Origin: an uncultured bacterium
GTDB taxonomy: Bacteria > DYJV01
Assembly (NCBI GenBank): GCA_964543655.1
Contig: CAZIZE010000099.1
Coordinates: 3,906-67,905, forward strand
Direction: 5' to 3'
Length of the DNA: 64,000 nucleotides
Both the position numbers and the translations under genes were made by a program. Shown here one piece after another: positions 29,549-40,095 of the stretch; position 1 is the stretch's first letter; every line of letters starts with the position of its first letter. Below the pieces are notes generated by a model. That model was not told the DNA's origin, ran no database searches, and saw only the letters and a program-made list of their open reading frames with translations.

Positions 29549-31255
29549 TTAAAATTTCTCCAATACCTCCTCTATGGTGAGTAACTCTGTTTTTCCACTT
29601 TTCCTATATCTAAATTCAACTTTACCCTGTTTCAATGTTTTTTTACCTATAGTGATTCTGTATGGAAAACCAAGTAAATCAGCATCTTTAAATTTAATAC
29701 CAGGTCTTTCTTCTCTGTCATCAAGAAGTATATCATACCCCTTTAATGATAATTTTTCGTATAATTTATCTGCTGTTTCTTTTATCTCCTGATTTTTGTA
29801 ATCCACTGGCAAAATGTAAAAAGTAAATGGAGAGATTGGCTCAGGAAGTATCATTCCATTTTCATCATAATTTTGTTCAATTGCAGCAGCTGCTGTTCTA
29901 CCAATGCCAATTCCATAACAACCCATAATGCAAGGTTTCTGTTTCCCATCTTTGTCAAGAAAATATGCATGCATTGCTTCTGAATATTTTGTGCCAAGTT
30001 TAAAAATGTGTCCCACTTCAATACCTCTGAAAATATTTAATTTACCTTTTTTGCATTTTGGGCACAGATCACCTTCAACTGCGTTTCTGATATCAAAAAA
30101 ATCCACTTTTGAATCTATATCTTGAAAGTTTACATTTTTTAAATGATAATCTTTTTTATTTGCACCTGTAACAAAGTTTTTCAATCCCTTTACAGAGTAG
30201 TCTGCTATAATTCTACATTTCAGTCCAATAGGTCCTGCAAATCCAACAGGTGCACCGGTCACTTCTCTAACACTGCTTTCAGTTGCAAAATAGATGGTAT
30301 CCCATTTTAAAATATTCTTTATCTTAATTATGTTTATTTCAAAATCACCTCTCACCAATGCTGCAACAACATCTTCACCATTTGTAAGAAGAATGGTTTT
30401 TACTATTTTATTTTTTGAGATATTAAAAAAATTCGCTACATCTTCTATTGACTTTATATCAGGTGTATGAACTAACTCTTTTGTTTTTAAAGTTTCTTTA
30501 CTTTCATTATCTTCATAATGAACTTTTAAAACAGGTGCTTTTTCTGTGTTAGCTCCATAATTGCATAAACTACAGCTAACTATTTCATCTTCCCCATTTC
30601 TTGCAAGCACCATAAATTCATGAGAAAAACTTCCACCAATTGCACCTGTATCAGCTTCAACAATTCTAAATTCAAGGCCGCATCTTTCAAAAATTTTACT
30701 ATAAGCTTCATACATTTTTTTATAACTAATTTCAGCTTCCTCCTCTGTGGCATCAAAGCTGTAAGCATCTTTCATTATAAACTCTCTGCCCCTCATAAGT
30801 CCAAACCTTGGCCTAATTTCATCTCTAAACTTTGTTTGAATCTGATAGAGATTAATTGGAAGCTGTTTGTATGATTTAATCTCTCTTCTCACTAAATCAG
30901 TAACTACCTCTTCATGAGTGGGGCCAATGCAAAAATCCCTGTTGTGTCTATCTTTAAACCTCAGCAATTCTTTGCCATAAAAATCCCATCTATTACTCTC
31001 CTGCCACAACTCAGCTGGAACAACAGCTGGCATAAGAATTTCAATAGCTCCAGCTCTATTCATCTCTTCTCTAACAATATTTTCAATTTTTTTTATCATC
31101 TTAAGTCCAAGAGGCAGGTAATTATAGATACCAGCAGCCACCTTTCTAATCATTCCTGCTCTAATCATCAACTTGTGACTGATAACTTCAGCTTCTGAAG
31201 GATCTTCCTTAAGTGTGGGGATAAAATACTCGGTGAATTTCATTTTATACTCCAA
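29549..31255 (-). CDS. proS: Proline--tRNA ligase (bacterial type with INS editing domain)
   Basis: It is a class II aaRS of 568 aa with the ProRS N-terminus (SHKLMIRAGMIRKVAAGIYNYLPLG). Confidence 0.95.
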   Translation of the reverse strand: MEYKMKFTEYFIPTLKEDPSEAEVISHKLMIRAGMIRKVAAGIYNYLPLGLKMIKKIENIVREEMNRAGAIEILMPAVVPAELWQESNRWDFYGKELLRFKDRHNRDFCIGPTHEEVVTDLVRREIKSYKQLPINLYQIQTKFRDEIRPRFGLMRGREFIMKDAYSFDATEEEAEISYKKMYEAYSKIFERCGLEFRIVEADTGAIGGSFSHEFMVLARNGEDEIVSCSLCNYGANTEKAPVLKVHYEDNESKETLKTKELVHTPDIKSIEDVANFFNISKNKIVKTILLTNGEDVVAALVRGDFEINIIKIKNILKWDTIYFATESSVREVTGAPVGFAGPIGLKCRIIADYSVKGLKNFVTGANKKDYHLKNVNFQDIDSKVDFFDIRNAVEGDLCPKCKKGKLNIFRGIEVGHIFKLGTKYSEAMHAYFLDKDGKQKPCIMGCYGIGIGRTAAAAIEQNYDENGMILPEPISPFTFYILPVDYKNQEIKETADKLYEKLSLKGYDILLDDREERPGIKFKDADLLGFPYRITIGKKTLKQGKVEFRYRKSGKTELLTIEEVLEKF

Positions 31256-31260
31256 AAAAT

Positions 31261-31887
31261 TTAGTTTCCATTGTAAATTACAGCTAAAATCAGTGCAGGC
31301 TTATCACTATTTGTTGTAATAAAATGAGGCACTGTTGAATGATAATAGATTGTATCTCCAATATTTAGAATAATATCTTCATTTTCTATTGTAATTTTTA
31401 CCTCTCCATCAAGAACATATATAAATTCTTCACCATCATGAACTGTAAATTCTTTTTCATTAGTGGGGTATAATTTTACAATAAAAGTTTCCATATGCCT
31501 GTTAGCGACTTCATGTGCAAGAGGCATATATTTGTAAAATTTGCTTGCTTCACGAGGTATTGCTGGGTGCTCTCTGGCTCTAACAACACTATACTTTTTG
31601 TCAGCTTCATCTGATATAAGATTTGAAACCATGGTGTCCAATGCTTTGGATATTTTGATAATTGTTGCAAGTGGAGGATGAATTTTCTCTTCTTCTATAT
31701 CTTTTAATACATTTAAATCAAAACCTATTTTTTGTGCAATGTCTTCAAGAGTAAGATTTTTCTCTTCTCTTATTTTTTTTATTTTCGCTCCAAGATGAAA
31801 GGATTTGCTCTCATCTTTTTCAAGATAGGATGATATTTCTTCAATGTAATCTTCATAATATTTGTTGATTTTTTCTTTTGGAATCAT
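31261..31887 (-). CDS. XRE-family HTH transcriptional regulator with C-terminal cupin domain
   Basis: It has an HTH_XRE motif (IKKIREEKNLTLEDIAQKIG) and a C-terminal cupin beta-barrel. Confidence 0.75.
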   Translation of the reverse strand: MIPKEKINKYYEDYIEEISSYLEKDESKSFHLGAKIKKIREEKNLTLEDIAQKIGFDLNVLKDIEEEKIHPPLATIIKISKALDTMVSNLISDEADKKYSVVRAREHPAIPREASKFYKYMPLAHEVANRHMETFIVKLYPTNEKEFTVHDGEEFIYVLDGEVKITIENEDIILNIGDTIYYHSTVPHFITTNSDKPALILAVIYNGN

Positions 31888-31908
31888 AATAGTTGCCTCC
31901 TGATTATT

Positions 31909-32256
31909 TTATATTATTAGCCAATCTTTAGATAATGATTTGATCTGCTTAAAATAATCTATAATTAATTCAAAATTTTTACTTTCTTTTGCAAGAGACT
32001 CTATTTTCTTTAATAATTCTGATATTTGAATAAAAGTATTATTTTCAAAATTACCAAAAGTCCCTTTTAATGAGTGAGCAAAAAACTTTATATTTTCATA
32101 ATCTTTTTCTTCTATTGCTTTTACGAGATTAGGGAAAGAGTCATTTAATGATTCTATAAATGCTTCAATGCCAACTTCAAGTGAATCTTTATCAAATCCT
32201 AATGATAGAAGATCATTTTCTATAAATTTTTTCAAATAAATAGAGTCAATTTGCAT
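31909..32256 (-). CDS. Stand-alone histidine phosphotransfer (Hpt) protein
   Basis: It is a four-helix Hpt with an intact HxxKG motif (AHSLKGTFGNF). It abuts the upstream FAD-oxidase gene with no gap. Confidence 0.7.
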   Translation of the reverse strand: MQIDSIYLKKFIENDLLSLGFDKDSLEVGIEAFIESLNDSFPNLVKAIEEKDYENIKFFAHSLKGTFGNFENNTFIQISELLKKIESLAKESKNFELIIDYFKQIKSLSKDWLII

Positions 32257-33639
32257 CTATTCCTCCATATCAAAAATTTTGCCTGGATTAAGTATATTGT
32301 AAGGATCAAAGATTTGTTTAATCTTTTTCATTAATTCAATCTCTTTTTTATCTAAAAAACTTTTTAAAATATCTTTCTTTAAAACTCCAATACCATGCTC
32401 ACCAGATGGCAGCCCTTTCATTTCTTTTACTATTTTATACAAATTTTGTAAAATGTTTTTATTAAAATTTTCATTTTTAATTAAAAAATTTACATGAATA
32501 TTTCCATCACCTGCATGTCCAAAGCAACTTACCAAAATATTGTACTCTTTAGCAAGAAGTTTTATTCTGTTAATTGTCTCCAAAATATTGCCCCTTGGAA
32601 CAACAATGTCTGCTTTGCCAATATATTTAAAATTTTCTCTAAAAATTTCGCCAATAGACCTCCTTGCCTGCCATATCTCCCTTGCTTTTGCTGGATTATC
32701 AAGAGGATAAAAATTTAAAAAGCCCTCTATATTTGAGAGAATGTTATATAATTTCATAATAAGAGAATCTTTTTGCTCAGTGGTGTTGTATTCAATTTCT
32801 ATTATCAAACTTGCCTTTGCAACTTCCTTGTCTGGAAGGTTAAATTTTTCATTTAAATAGTAAAGTGCAGTGTCATCTATATATTCAAGGGATATAGGAA
32901 GTATTGAGCTGTAAAGTATTTTATTTACACCGTTTAACAATGGTAACATATTTGAAAAAGTTACATATAATGTGCTAATATTTTCTGGTTTTGGTAATAA
33001 TTTAAGAAAAATTTTGGTTATTATACCAAGGGTACCTTCAGATGATACAAAAAGATCAATAAGATTATAACCTGATGATTTTTTTACAATCTTTCCACCA
33101 AGGTTTAAAATTTCACCAGTTGACAAAAGAACCTCAAGACCAGTAATATAATCTTTTGTAACACCAAATTTTACAGCAGATGAGCCACCTGCTCCAGTTG
33201 CAACATTACCGCCTATTGTTGAACTTTCAAAACTTGCAGGGTCTGGAGGATAGAAAAGGTTATGCTTTTCAGCTTCTGCTTTAAGGTCAGCAACAATAAC
33301 ACCAGGCTCAACAACAGCAATTAAATTTTTGGTATCTATTTCTAAAATTTTGTTGAATTTCTCTAAACTTAAAATAATAGATCTATCTGAAAATGCAAGG
33401 CAGCTACCTGTAACTGATGTTCCCTGTCCCCAGCAAATTACAGGAATTTTATGAGTAGCAGCAAATTTAAGAACTTTTCTTATTTCCTCTATATTATCAG
33501 GTCTAATAACAACTGAAGGCTTATTTTTATATATTGTGGACTTATCTTCAGAATATTTCTCAAGAATATCATTGTCAACTAAAATTGCATTTTCAGGTAA
33601 AATATTTTTCAAATTCTCAATTAATTTATTTTGTGGCAT
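32257..33639 (-). CDS. FAD-linked oxidase (GlcD / D-lactate dehydrogenase family)
   Basis: It has an N-terminal FAD_binding_4 domain and a C-terminal FAD-oxidase_C domain and is 460 aa. Confidence 0.8.
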   Translation of the reverse strand: MPQNKLIENLKNILPENAILVDNDILEKYSEDKSTIYKNKPSVVIRPDNIEEIRKVLKFAATHKIPVICWGQGTSVTGSCLAFSDRSIILSLEKFNKILEIDTKNLIAVVEPGVIVADLKAEAEKHNLFYPPDPASFESSTIGGNVATGAGGSSAVKFGVTKDYITGLEVLLSTGEILNLGGKIVKKSSGYNLIDLFVSSEGTLGIITKIFLKLLPKPENISTLYVTFSNMLPLLNGVNKILYSSILPISLEYIDDTALYYLNEKFNLPDKEVAKASLIIEIEYNTTEQKDSLIMKLYNILSNIEGFLNFYPLDNPAKAREIWQARRSIGEIFRENFKYIGKADIVVPRGNILETINRIKLLAKEYNILVSCFGHAGDGNIHVNFLIKNENFNKNILQNLYKIVKEMKGLPSGEHGIGVLKKDILKSFLDKKEIELMKKIKQIFDPYNILNPGKIFDMEE

Positions 33640-34690
33640 TTTTTAATTCTCTTAAATAACTTTTATTTTCAGGATACTTTTTTAATAAATATTTTAAAAT
33701 ATTTTTAGCTGTTTCCAAGTTATTCATTTTTATATTAATTTTTGCTATGAAATACAATGCTGAATCTTCTAATTTAAGAGGAACAGGATTAAAATAAATT
33801 TTATTTTTATGCAATATTAAAAATTCATTAAAATAAGATAAGGCTTTATCAAGTTGGTTTTTTTTGTAAAAAGCTTTGCCAAGCAGATATTTTATAACAG
33901 GAAAAAACTCTGAAAAATCATCAGCAATTTTCAAATAACTATACGCTTCACTTTCTTGACCAATTAGATTTAAAATAGTATAAATTTCAGACAGAATATA
34001 TCCAACTAATTCTCTATTTTTTTCAGCAATTTCTGGATCATTGAGAGCTTTTTTAAAAAATTTCAAAGCATTTATATACTTTTTTAAAATTTTGTAGCTT
34101 TCAGCTATTTGGAGATTTATGTAATAATCTTTTTTTTCTATATTTTCTAATATCTTTAAGTTTCTTACCTGTTTTTTTTCAAGGTCTTCCCTATTATTGT
34201 AACCAATATGAACTATTTCTATATTTGTAAATTCTATTTGATAGATTTGTTCCGGGTATGTAATCTGCTCATGAACAGGGTATTTAAAATGTATATCTCT
34301 GTTATTTGGAAAAATTCTCAACTGATATGATATTGTGCTATCTGCCTGGTTTAAAAGTTTAATAAAGTAAAGTTTTTTACTATTTAATTTGCTTTTTATT
34401 AAATTTAATTTTTCTATATTTTCTTCTGTTATCCTATCATCTGCGTCTATCCATAGGATAAAATCTTTAGTTGCAAGTGATAGGGAGTAGTTTCTTGCTT
34501 TTGAAAAATTGTATTCCCACTTTATCTGTTTTAAGACAATCTCTTTATCTAATGATAAAAATTCAAGAGTTCCATCTTTTGAACCTGTATCAACTACAAC
34601 AATTTCATCTGAAAATTGCTTCAGTATAGGGATAAGAGATTTTAAATTTTCAAGTTCATCTTTTACAATTAATGTTGTAGATAATTTCAT
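33626..34690 (-). CDS. Family 2 glycosyltransferase fused to TPR repeats
   Basis: It has the GT2 N-terminus (LSTTLIVKDELENL...VVVDTGSKDGT...DADD). The C-terminal half has TPR-like repeats. Confidence 0.7.
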   Translation of the reverse strand: MKLSTTLIVKDELENLKSLIPILKQFSDEIVVVDTGSKDGTLEFLSLDKEIVLKQIKWEYNFSKARNYSLSLATKDFILWIDADDRITEENIEKLNLIKSKLNSKKLYFIKLLNQADSTISYQLRIFPNNRDIHFKYPVHEQITYPEQIYQIEFTNIEIVHIGYNNREDLEKKQVRNLKILENIEKKDYYINLQIAESYKILKKYINALKFFKKALNDPEIAEKNRELVGYILSEIYTILNLIGQESEAYSYLKIADDFSEFFPVIKYLLGKAFYKKNQLDKALSYFNEFLILHKNKIYFNPVPLKLEDSALYFIAKINIKMNNLETAKNILKYLLKKYPENKSYLRELKNATK

Positions 34691-34732
34691 AACATCATTT
34701 ATACTTTATAGAAAAAGAAAAAACAAGCTAAT

Positions 34733-34749
34733 TTGGTAACAAATTTGCA
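34733..34749 (+). promoter_or_regulatory. Sigma-54 (-24/-12) promoter upstream of flhB
   Basis: TGGTAA-N5-TTGCA has GG at 34735-36 and GC at 34747-48, giving the exact GG-N10-GC spacing. It lies ~40 nt upstream of the flhB start, with an AGGGGA RBS downstream. Confidence 0.5.
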
Positions 34750-34787
34750 TTTCAATATTAAGAAGTTTAATTTACTTAGGGGATAAT

Positions 34788-35846
34788 ATGGCAAAAGATC
34801 CAAGAAAAACAGAACCGGCCACGCCGAAAAGAAGGAATAAAGCAAGAGAGGAAGGCCAGGTTGCAAGGAGTATAGAGCTGAACAATGCTGTAATATTCCT
34901 TGCTATTATTCTGAATTTTATTTTACTATCAAAATATGTTTACAGTCATTTATTTGACATTTTTAGATGGGGATTTTCAGATTGTTTATTATTTAAAATA
35001 AACCAATCAAGCCTGTATAATTTAATGGCATATGTAATGAAGAACTTTTTAATAATAATTTTACCATGGTTAGGAATAATTATGTTTTTTGGTTTAGTTG
35101 TAAATATTTATCAGGTTGGTTGGAAAATCACATGGAAACCTGTAATGCCAAAACTATCTAAAATTAATCCACTTAAAGGTTTTGGAAGATTTTTTTCAGT
35201 TCAATCACTTTTAAATTTGGTTAAATCAATTTTAAAAATGGTAATAGTTGGGACAGTACTCTACTTTGCATTAAAAGATGAAGCAAGAAACATTATTCCA
35301 CTTATGGACCAATCTGTTGGGCAAATTTTCATTTATATATCAAAAGTTACATACAATATTTTTCTTAAAGTGCTGATGATTCTGATTCCACTTGGAATAC
35401 TTGATTATCTTTATCAGAAATATGATTTTGAGGAAAATCTTAAAATGACAAAAGAAGAAGTAAAAGATGAAAGAAAATTAGCAGAAGGAGATCCTCAAAT
35501 AAAAGCAAAAATTAGAAGTAAGCAGTTTGAAATTGCTAAAAGAAGAATGCTTCAAGAAGTGCCAAAAGCTGATGTTATTATTACAAATCCAACACATCTT
35601 GCAATAGCACTTCAGTATGATAAACTATCAATGGAAGCACCAAAAGTAATAGCAAAAGGTGCAGGATTAATTGCAGAGAGAATTAAAAAGATAGCACAGG
35701 AAAATGATATTCCAATTGTTGAAAACAAACCACTTGCAAGGGCATTATTTAAAATAGTTGAGCTTGGTGATTTTATTCCAGAAAATTTTTACAAAGCAGT
35801 TGCTGAAGTATTGGCGTATGTTTACAAATTAAAAAATAAAATTTGA
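34788..35846 (+). CDS. flhB: Flagellar biosynthesis protein FlhB
   Basis: It has 4 TM segments and the conserved NPTH autocleavage site (NPTHLAIALQYD). Confidence 0.92.
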   Translation: MAKDPRKTEPATPKRRNKAREEGQVARSIELNNAVIFLAIILNFILLSKYVYSHLFDIFRWGFSDCLLFKINQSSLYNLMAYVMKNFLIIILPWLGIIMFFGLVVNIYQVGWKITWKPVMPKLSKINPLKGFGRFFSVQSLLNLVKSILKMVIVGTVLYFALKDEARNIIPLMDQSVGQIFIYISKVTYNIFLKVLMILIPLGILDYLYQKYDFEENLKMTKEEVKDERKLAEGDPQIKAKIRSKQFEIAKRRMLQEVPKADVIITNPTHLAIALQYDKLSMEAPKVIAKGAGLIAERIKKIAQENDIPIVENKPLARALFKIVELGDFIPENFYKAVAEVLAYVYKLKNKI

Positions 35847-35917
35847 TGATGTATAAAAGTAGCAGTGTTGACGGAGGTGTTAAGGGTTTGTTAATGTTGA
35901 GCTTTGAATTAATTATT

Positions 35918-35934
35918 TTGGCACAATGATTGCA
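35918..35934 (+). promoter_or_regulatory. Sigma-54 (-24/-12) promoter upstream of flhA
   Basis: TTGGCAC-AATGA-TTGCA matches the TGGCAC-N5-TTGCW consensus with correct GG-N10-GC spacing, ~40 nt before the flhA start. Confidence 0.6.
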
Positions 35935-35974
35935 CAATGAAAAATAAAATTATAGAGGAAACTTAGAGGAGAAA

Positions 35975-38056
35975 ATGGCACAGGCAGAAACAAATGCATT
36001 TGATTTTAAAAATATTTTTAAAAATAAAGATGTTTTAGTATCTTTGGTTGTTGTATTATCAATTGCATTAATTATCATTCCACTTCCTACTGGTATATTA
36101 GATTTGACACTGTCAATTAATCTGACATTTGCAATAGTGATTTTACTCATTACAATGTACACTCCGCAATCACTTGATTTTAGTGTGTTTCCATCTTTAT
36201 TGTTAATTACCACTATTTTCAGGCTTGCTTTAAATATCTCATCTACAAGATTAATCCTTTTAAATGGCACTCAGGGTACAGATGCAGCTGGTAAAGTGAT
36301 ACAAGCTTTTGGAGAGTTTGTTGTTGGTGGTAATTATGTTGTTGGTGGTGTTATTTTCGCAATATTAGTTTTAATAAACATAAAGGTTATTACAAGTGGT
36401 TCTACTCGTATTTCTGAAGTAGCTGCAAGATTTACATTGGATGCTATGCCTGGTAAGCAGATGAGTATAGATGCTGATCTCAATGCTGGAATAATTACAG
36501 AAGAGGAAGCAAGAGAGAGAAGGGAACAGATTAGAAGAGAAGCTGACTTTTTTGGTGCTATGGATGGTGCCACAAAATTTGTTAGTGGTGATGCAATGGC
36601 AGGGCTTATTATAACTGTAATTAACATATTAGGTGGCTTTGCTATTGGTGCGTTAAAAGGTATGCCTTTGTTAGAAGCATTAAAAACATATACTGTGTTA
36701 ACTATTGGTGATGGTCTTGTTTCTCAAATTCCTGCAATTACAATATCACTTGCCACTGGTATACTTGTTTCCAGGGCTGCATCAAAGGAAAGCCTTGGTG
36801 GTGAAATTGGTAGTCAAATTTTTGGCTATCCAAAAGCTTTATCAATTGCATCAATAACATTGACATTTTTCTCATTAATTCCAGGCTTGCCAAAATTACC
36901 ATTTATGATTCTTGCAGTTGCAGCTGGTACAGGGGCTTATTTTGCTGATAAAATAATTGATAAAAAGAAAATAGAAGAGATTCAGAAAGAGGAAGAGGAA
37001 GCTAAAAAAGCCCATCCTGTGGAAACAATAGAGACTATTCCACCTGTTGACTTAATAGAACTTGAAGTAGGTTATGGACTGATACCTCTTGTTGATCCAA
37101 AACAGGATGGTGAGTTAATTGAAAGGATTAAATCTCTTAGAAAACAATTTGCACTTGATATGGGGTTTGTAATACCATCAGTTAGGATTAGAGATAACCT
37201 ACAATTGAAACCAAATGAATATGCAATATTAATTAAAGGGAACATTATAACTAAAAGTGAGGTGCTTCCAGGACATTATCTTGCAATGGATCCAGGAACT
37301 GTTACTGAAGAAATTCCTGGTATAAAAACACTTGAGCCAGCCTTTGGTTTACCAGCTTTATGGATAAAAGAGGATGCAAAAGAAAGAGCTCAGGTTGCTG
37401 GTTATACAGTGGTTGATATTACCACAGTTATAGTTACTCATTTAACAGAGATTTTAAAAGACCACTGCTATGAGCTGTTAACAAGACAGGAAGTGCAAAA
37501 TATTATAGATTCAGTTAAAAATAATTATCCAAAGCTTATTGAGGAGCTTATACCAAATATACTTTCACTTGGTCAGGTTCAGAAAGTATTGCAAAACCTG
37601 TTAAGAGAGCAGGTGCCAATTAGAGATATGCAAACTATTCTTGAAACTCTTGCTGATTATGGTGTGATAACAAAAGAGATAGACATTTTAACTGAATATG
37701 TAAGACAATCACTTTTTAGAACAATAACTGCACAATATGTTGGAGAGGATAATATTTTAAGAGTGGCAACACTTGCTCCTAATATAGAAGATGCTATTTC
37801 AAATGCAATTCAGAGAACTGAGCATGGTGCATTTTTGTCACTTGAGCCTGCAACAGCAAATTCTATAATTAGCAAAGTAAATAAAGTGTCTGAAAAATTT
37901 CAGATTTTAGGAGCTCCAGTTGTGATTTTAACAGCTCCTATAGTAAGATTTCATTTAAGAACATTGCTTGAAAAATATGTAAGAAGAGTTACAGTTTTAT
38001 CTCATAATGAGATTGTGCCTAATATTTCCATAGAATCAGTTGGTGTAATTGATTAA
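35975..38056 (+). CDS. flhA: Flagellar biosynthesis protein FlhA
   Basis: It is 693 aa with 8 TM segments and a cytoplasmic domain. It contains the conserved FHIPEP motifs. Confidence 0.95.
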   Translation: MAQAETNAFDFKNIFKNKDVLVSLVVVLSIALIIIPLPTGILDLTLSINLTFAIVILLITMYTPQSLDFSVFPSLLLITTIFRLALNISSTRLILLNGTQGTDAAGKVIQAFGEFVVGGNYVVGGVIFAILVLINIKVITSGSTRISEVAARFTLDAMPGKQMSIDADLNAGIITEEEARERREQIRREADFFGAMDGATKFVSGDAMAGLIITVINILGGFAIGALKGMPLLEALKTYTVLTIGDGLVSQIPAITISLATGILVSRAASKESLGGEIGSQIFGYPKALSIASITLTFFSLIPGLPKLPFMILAVAAGTGAYFADKIIDKKKIEEIQKEEEEAKKAHPVETIETIPPVDLIELEVGYGLIPLVDPKQDGELIERIKSLRKQFALDMGFVIPSVRIRDNLQLKPNEYAILIKGNIITKSEVLPGHYLAMDPGTVTEEIPGIKTLEPAFGLPALWIKEDAKERAQVAGYTVVDITTVIVTHLTEILKDHCYELLTRQEVQNIIDSVKNNYPKLIEELIPNILSLGQVQKVLQNLLREQVPIRDMQTILETLADYGVITKEIDILTEYVRQSLFRTITAQYVGEDNILRVATLAPNIEDAISNAIQRTEHGAFLSLEPATANSIISKVNKVSEKFQILGAPVVILTAPIVRFHLRTLLEKYVRRVTVLSHNEIVPNISIESVGVID

Positions 38057-38074
38057 TTTTAAAAAGAGGTTAAT

Positions 38075-39220
38075 ATGAAAGTAAAAAAATTTCAAGCAGC
38101 AAGTATGAATGAAGCTATGAGACTTGTTAAAAATGAGCTTGGTAGAGATGCGGTTATTTTATCTACAAAAAAAATAAAAAAAACAGATAGTTTTGGAATT
38201 TTTTCAAGGGAATGGATTGAAATTGAAGCTGCTATTGATTATAATGATGAGTATGAGCCTGCTTTTAAAAGAGAAAGTATTGCTGGGGATAATCCAAATT
38301 TAGCTAAAGAGATTCATAATCTTAAAACTCTTTTACAGGAATATATTTCAAATACACAAGAAGTAAAAAAGGAAGTACCTAAATTAAAAAATATGATGCA
38401 ACTTCTAATGAAGCAATCAGGTGTGTTTGCAGCAGATTCACTTGAGGATAAGCTTTATTATATATATGAAGATTTATTAATGCAGGAAGTTAGAGATAAA
38501 ATTGCTTATCAAATAATTGAAAATTTGAGTTTTGAAGTTGAAAATATTGAAAATTTAAGTATAGAAAGAATAAGGAAGTTAATAAAAATCAAAATGAAAA
38601 ATAAAATTAAGATATTTTCTGAAGAAGAAAAAAAGGGTTTACCTAAAATTATAACTTTTATTGGGCCAACAGGTGTTGGCAAAACAACTACACTTGCAAA
38701 AATAGCTGCCAAATGTAGATTAATAAACAAGAAAAAAACAGCTCTATTTACATTTGACACTTATAGAATAGCTGCAGTAGAGCAGTTGAAAATTTATGGT
38801 GAAATTTTAAAAACTCCAGTTATAGTTATTAATAAAAAAAGTGAATTTAAAGAGAAGTTAAATACATTTAAAGATTATGATTATATTCTGGTGGATACTG
38901 CTGGCAGAAGCCAGAGAGATAATTTTCATATAAAAAAATTAAAGGAATATTTGAATTTTCCAATGGATATACACTTAGTTTTAAGTGCAACAACTAAAGA
39001 GAAAGACCTTGATGATATTATCTCAAGGTTTTCAATAATTCCATATTCATCTTTGCTTTTTACAAAATTAGATGAAAGCTCAACTTTTGGGAATATTTAT
39101 AATAAAGCTTTTGAAACAGGTAAACCTCTCTCATATTTTACCACAGGCCAGAGAGTGCCTGAAGATATAGAGGTTGCAAGTAAAGATAAATTAATAGATA
39201 TGATTTTTGAATATAATTAG
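38075..39220 (+). CDS. flhF: Flagellar biosynthesis GTPase FlhF (SRP-type)
   Basis: It has an SRP-type GTPase NG domain (GPTGVGKTTTLAK, DTAGR). Its position between flhA and flhG fits FlhF. Confidence 0.88.
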   Translation: MKVKKFQAASMNEAMRLVKNELGRDAVILSTKKIKKTDSFGIFSREWIEIEAAIDYNDEYEPAFKRESIAGDNPNLAKEIHNLKTLLQEYISNTQEVKKEVPKLKNMMQLLMKQSGVFAADSLEDKLYYIYEDLLMQEVRDKIAYQIIENLSFEVENIENLSIERIRKLIKIKMKNKIKIFSEEEKKGLPKIITFIGPTGVGKTTTLAKIAAKCRLINKKKTALFTFDTYRIAAVEQLKIYGEILKTPVIVINKKSEFKEKLNTFKDYDYILVDTAGRSQRDNFHIKKLKEYLNFPMDIHLVLSATTKEKDLDDIISRFSIIPYSSLLFTKLDESSTFGNIYNKAFETGKPLSYFTTGQRVPEDIEVASKDKLIDMIFEYN

Positions 39221-39237
39221 AAAGGAGTTAAATAACT

Positions 39238-40086
39238 ATGGATCAGGCAACAGGGCTTAGAAATATATCAAATGGTAAAAAGATAACAAAAGTAATTGCA
39301 GTTACAAGTGGTAAGGGTGGTGTAGGAAAAACAAATCTTATATCTAATATAGGTTATATGTTGTCAAAAAAAGGGAGAAAAGTTCTTCTTATGGATGCTG
39401 ACCTTGGGCTTGGCAATGTTGATATATTACTTGGCCTTGCACCAAAATACAATATATCCCATGTTTTTAAGGGTGAAAAAAGCATATTAGATATTATTGT
39501 TGAGGGACCTGGAGGAATGAATATTATTCCTGCTTCATCAGGAATACAGAAAGTTACTGACCTCAGTAATTCAGAAAAGTTGATTTTAATGGAGCAATTT
39601 GATTCTTTAGAAACAGAATATGATTATTTTTTAATAGATACTGGTGCTGGAATTTCAAAAAATGTTACATATTTCTGTGTTGCATCACAAGAAATAATTG
39701 TTGTTGCCACTCCAGAGCCTACAAGTATAACTGATGCATATGCTTTAATGAAAGTATTGTATAAAGATTATCAGGAAAAGAAATTTAATCTTATTGTTAA
39801 TATGGCTCAGAATAAAAATGATGCTTTACAGGTTTACAATACTTTGAGCCTTGTTGTTGATAAATATCTTGGAATGGATCTTTCTCTTTCTTATCTTGGT
39901 TTTATTCCAGTAGATAAGAATTTTCCATTAGCTGTTAGAAAACAGAAGTTAATTAGTGAAGTTTTTCCAGAATGTGATGCTGCAAAAAGTTTTATGAATT
40001 TAATAAAAAAAATAGAAAAATTCGATGTTGATATGTCATCAAAAGGGAGCATTCAATTTTTCTGGAATAAACTAATAAATTTATAA
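39238..40086 (+). CDS. flhG: Flagellar number regulator FlhG/FleN (MinD-type ATPase)
   Basis: It has a deviant Walker A (SGKGGVGKT). The N-terminal DQATGLR matches the FlhF-activating DQAxxLR motif. Confidence 0.88.
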   Translation: MDQATGLRNISNGKKITKVIAVTSGKGGVGKTNLISNIGYMLSKKGRKVLLMDADLGLGNVDILLGLAPKYNISHVFKGEKSILDIIVEGPGGMNIIPASSGIQKVTDLSNSEKLILMEQFDSLETEYDYFLIDTGAGISKNVTYFCVASQEIIVVATPEPTSITDAYALMKVLYKDYQEKKFNLIVNMAQNKNDALQVYNTLSLVVDKYLGMDLSLSYLGFIPVDKNFPLAVRKQKLISEVFPECDAAKSFMNLIKKIEKFDVDMSSKGSIQFFWNKLINL

Positions 40087-40095
40087 GAGGTTGTT

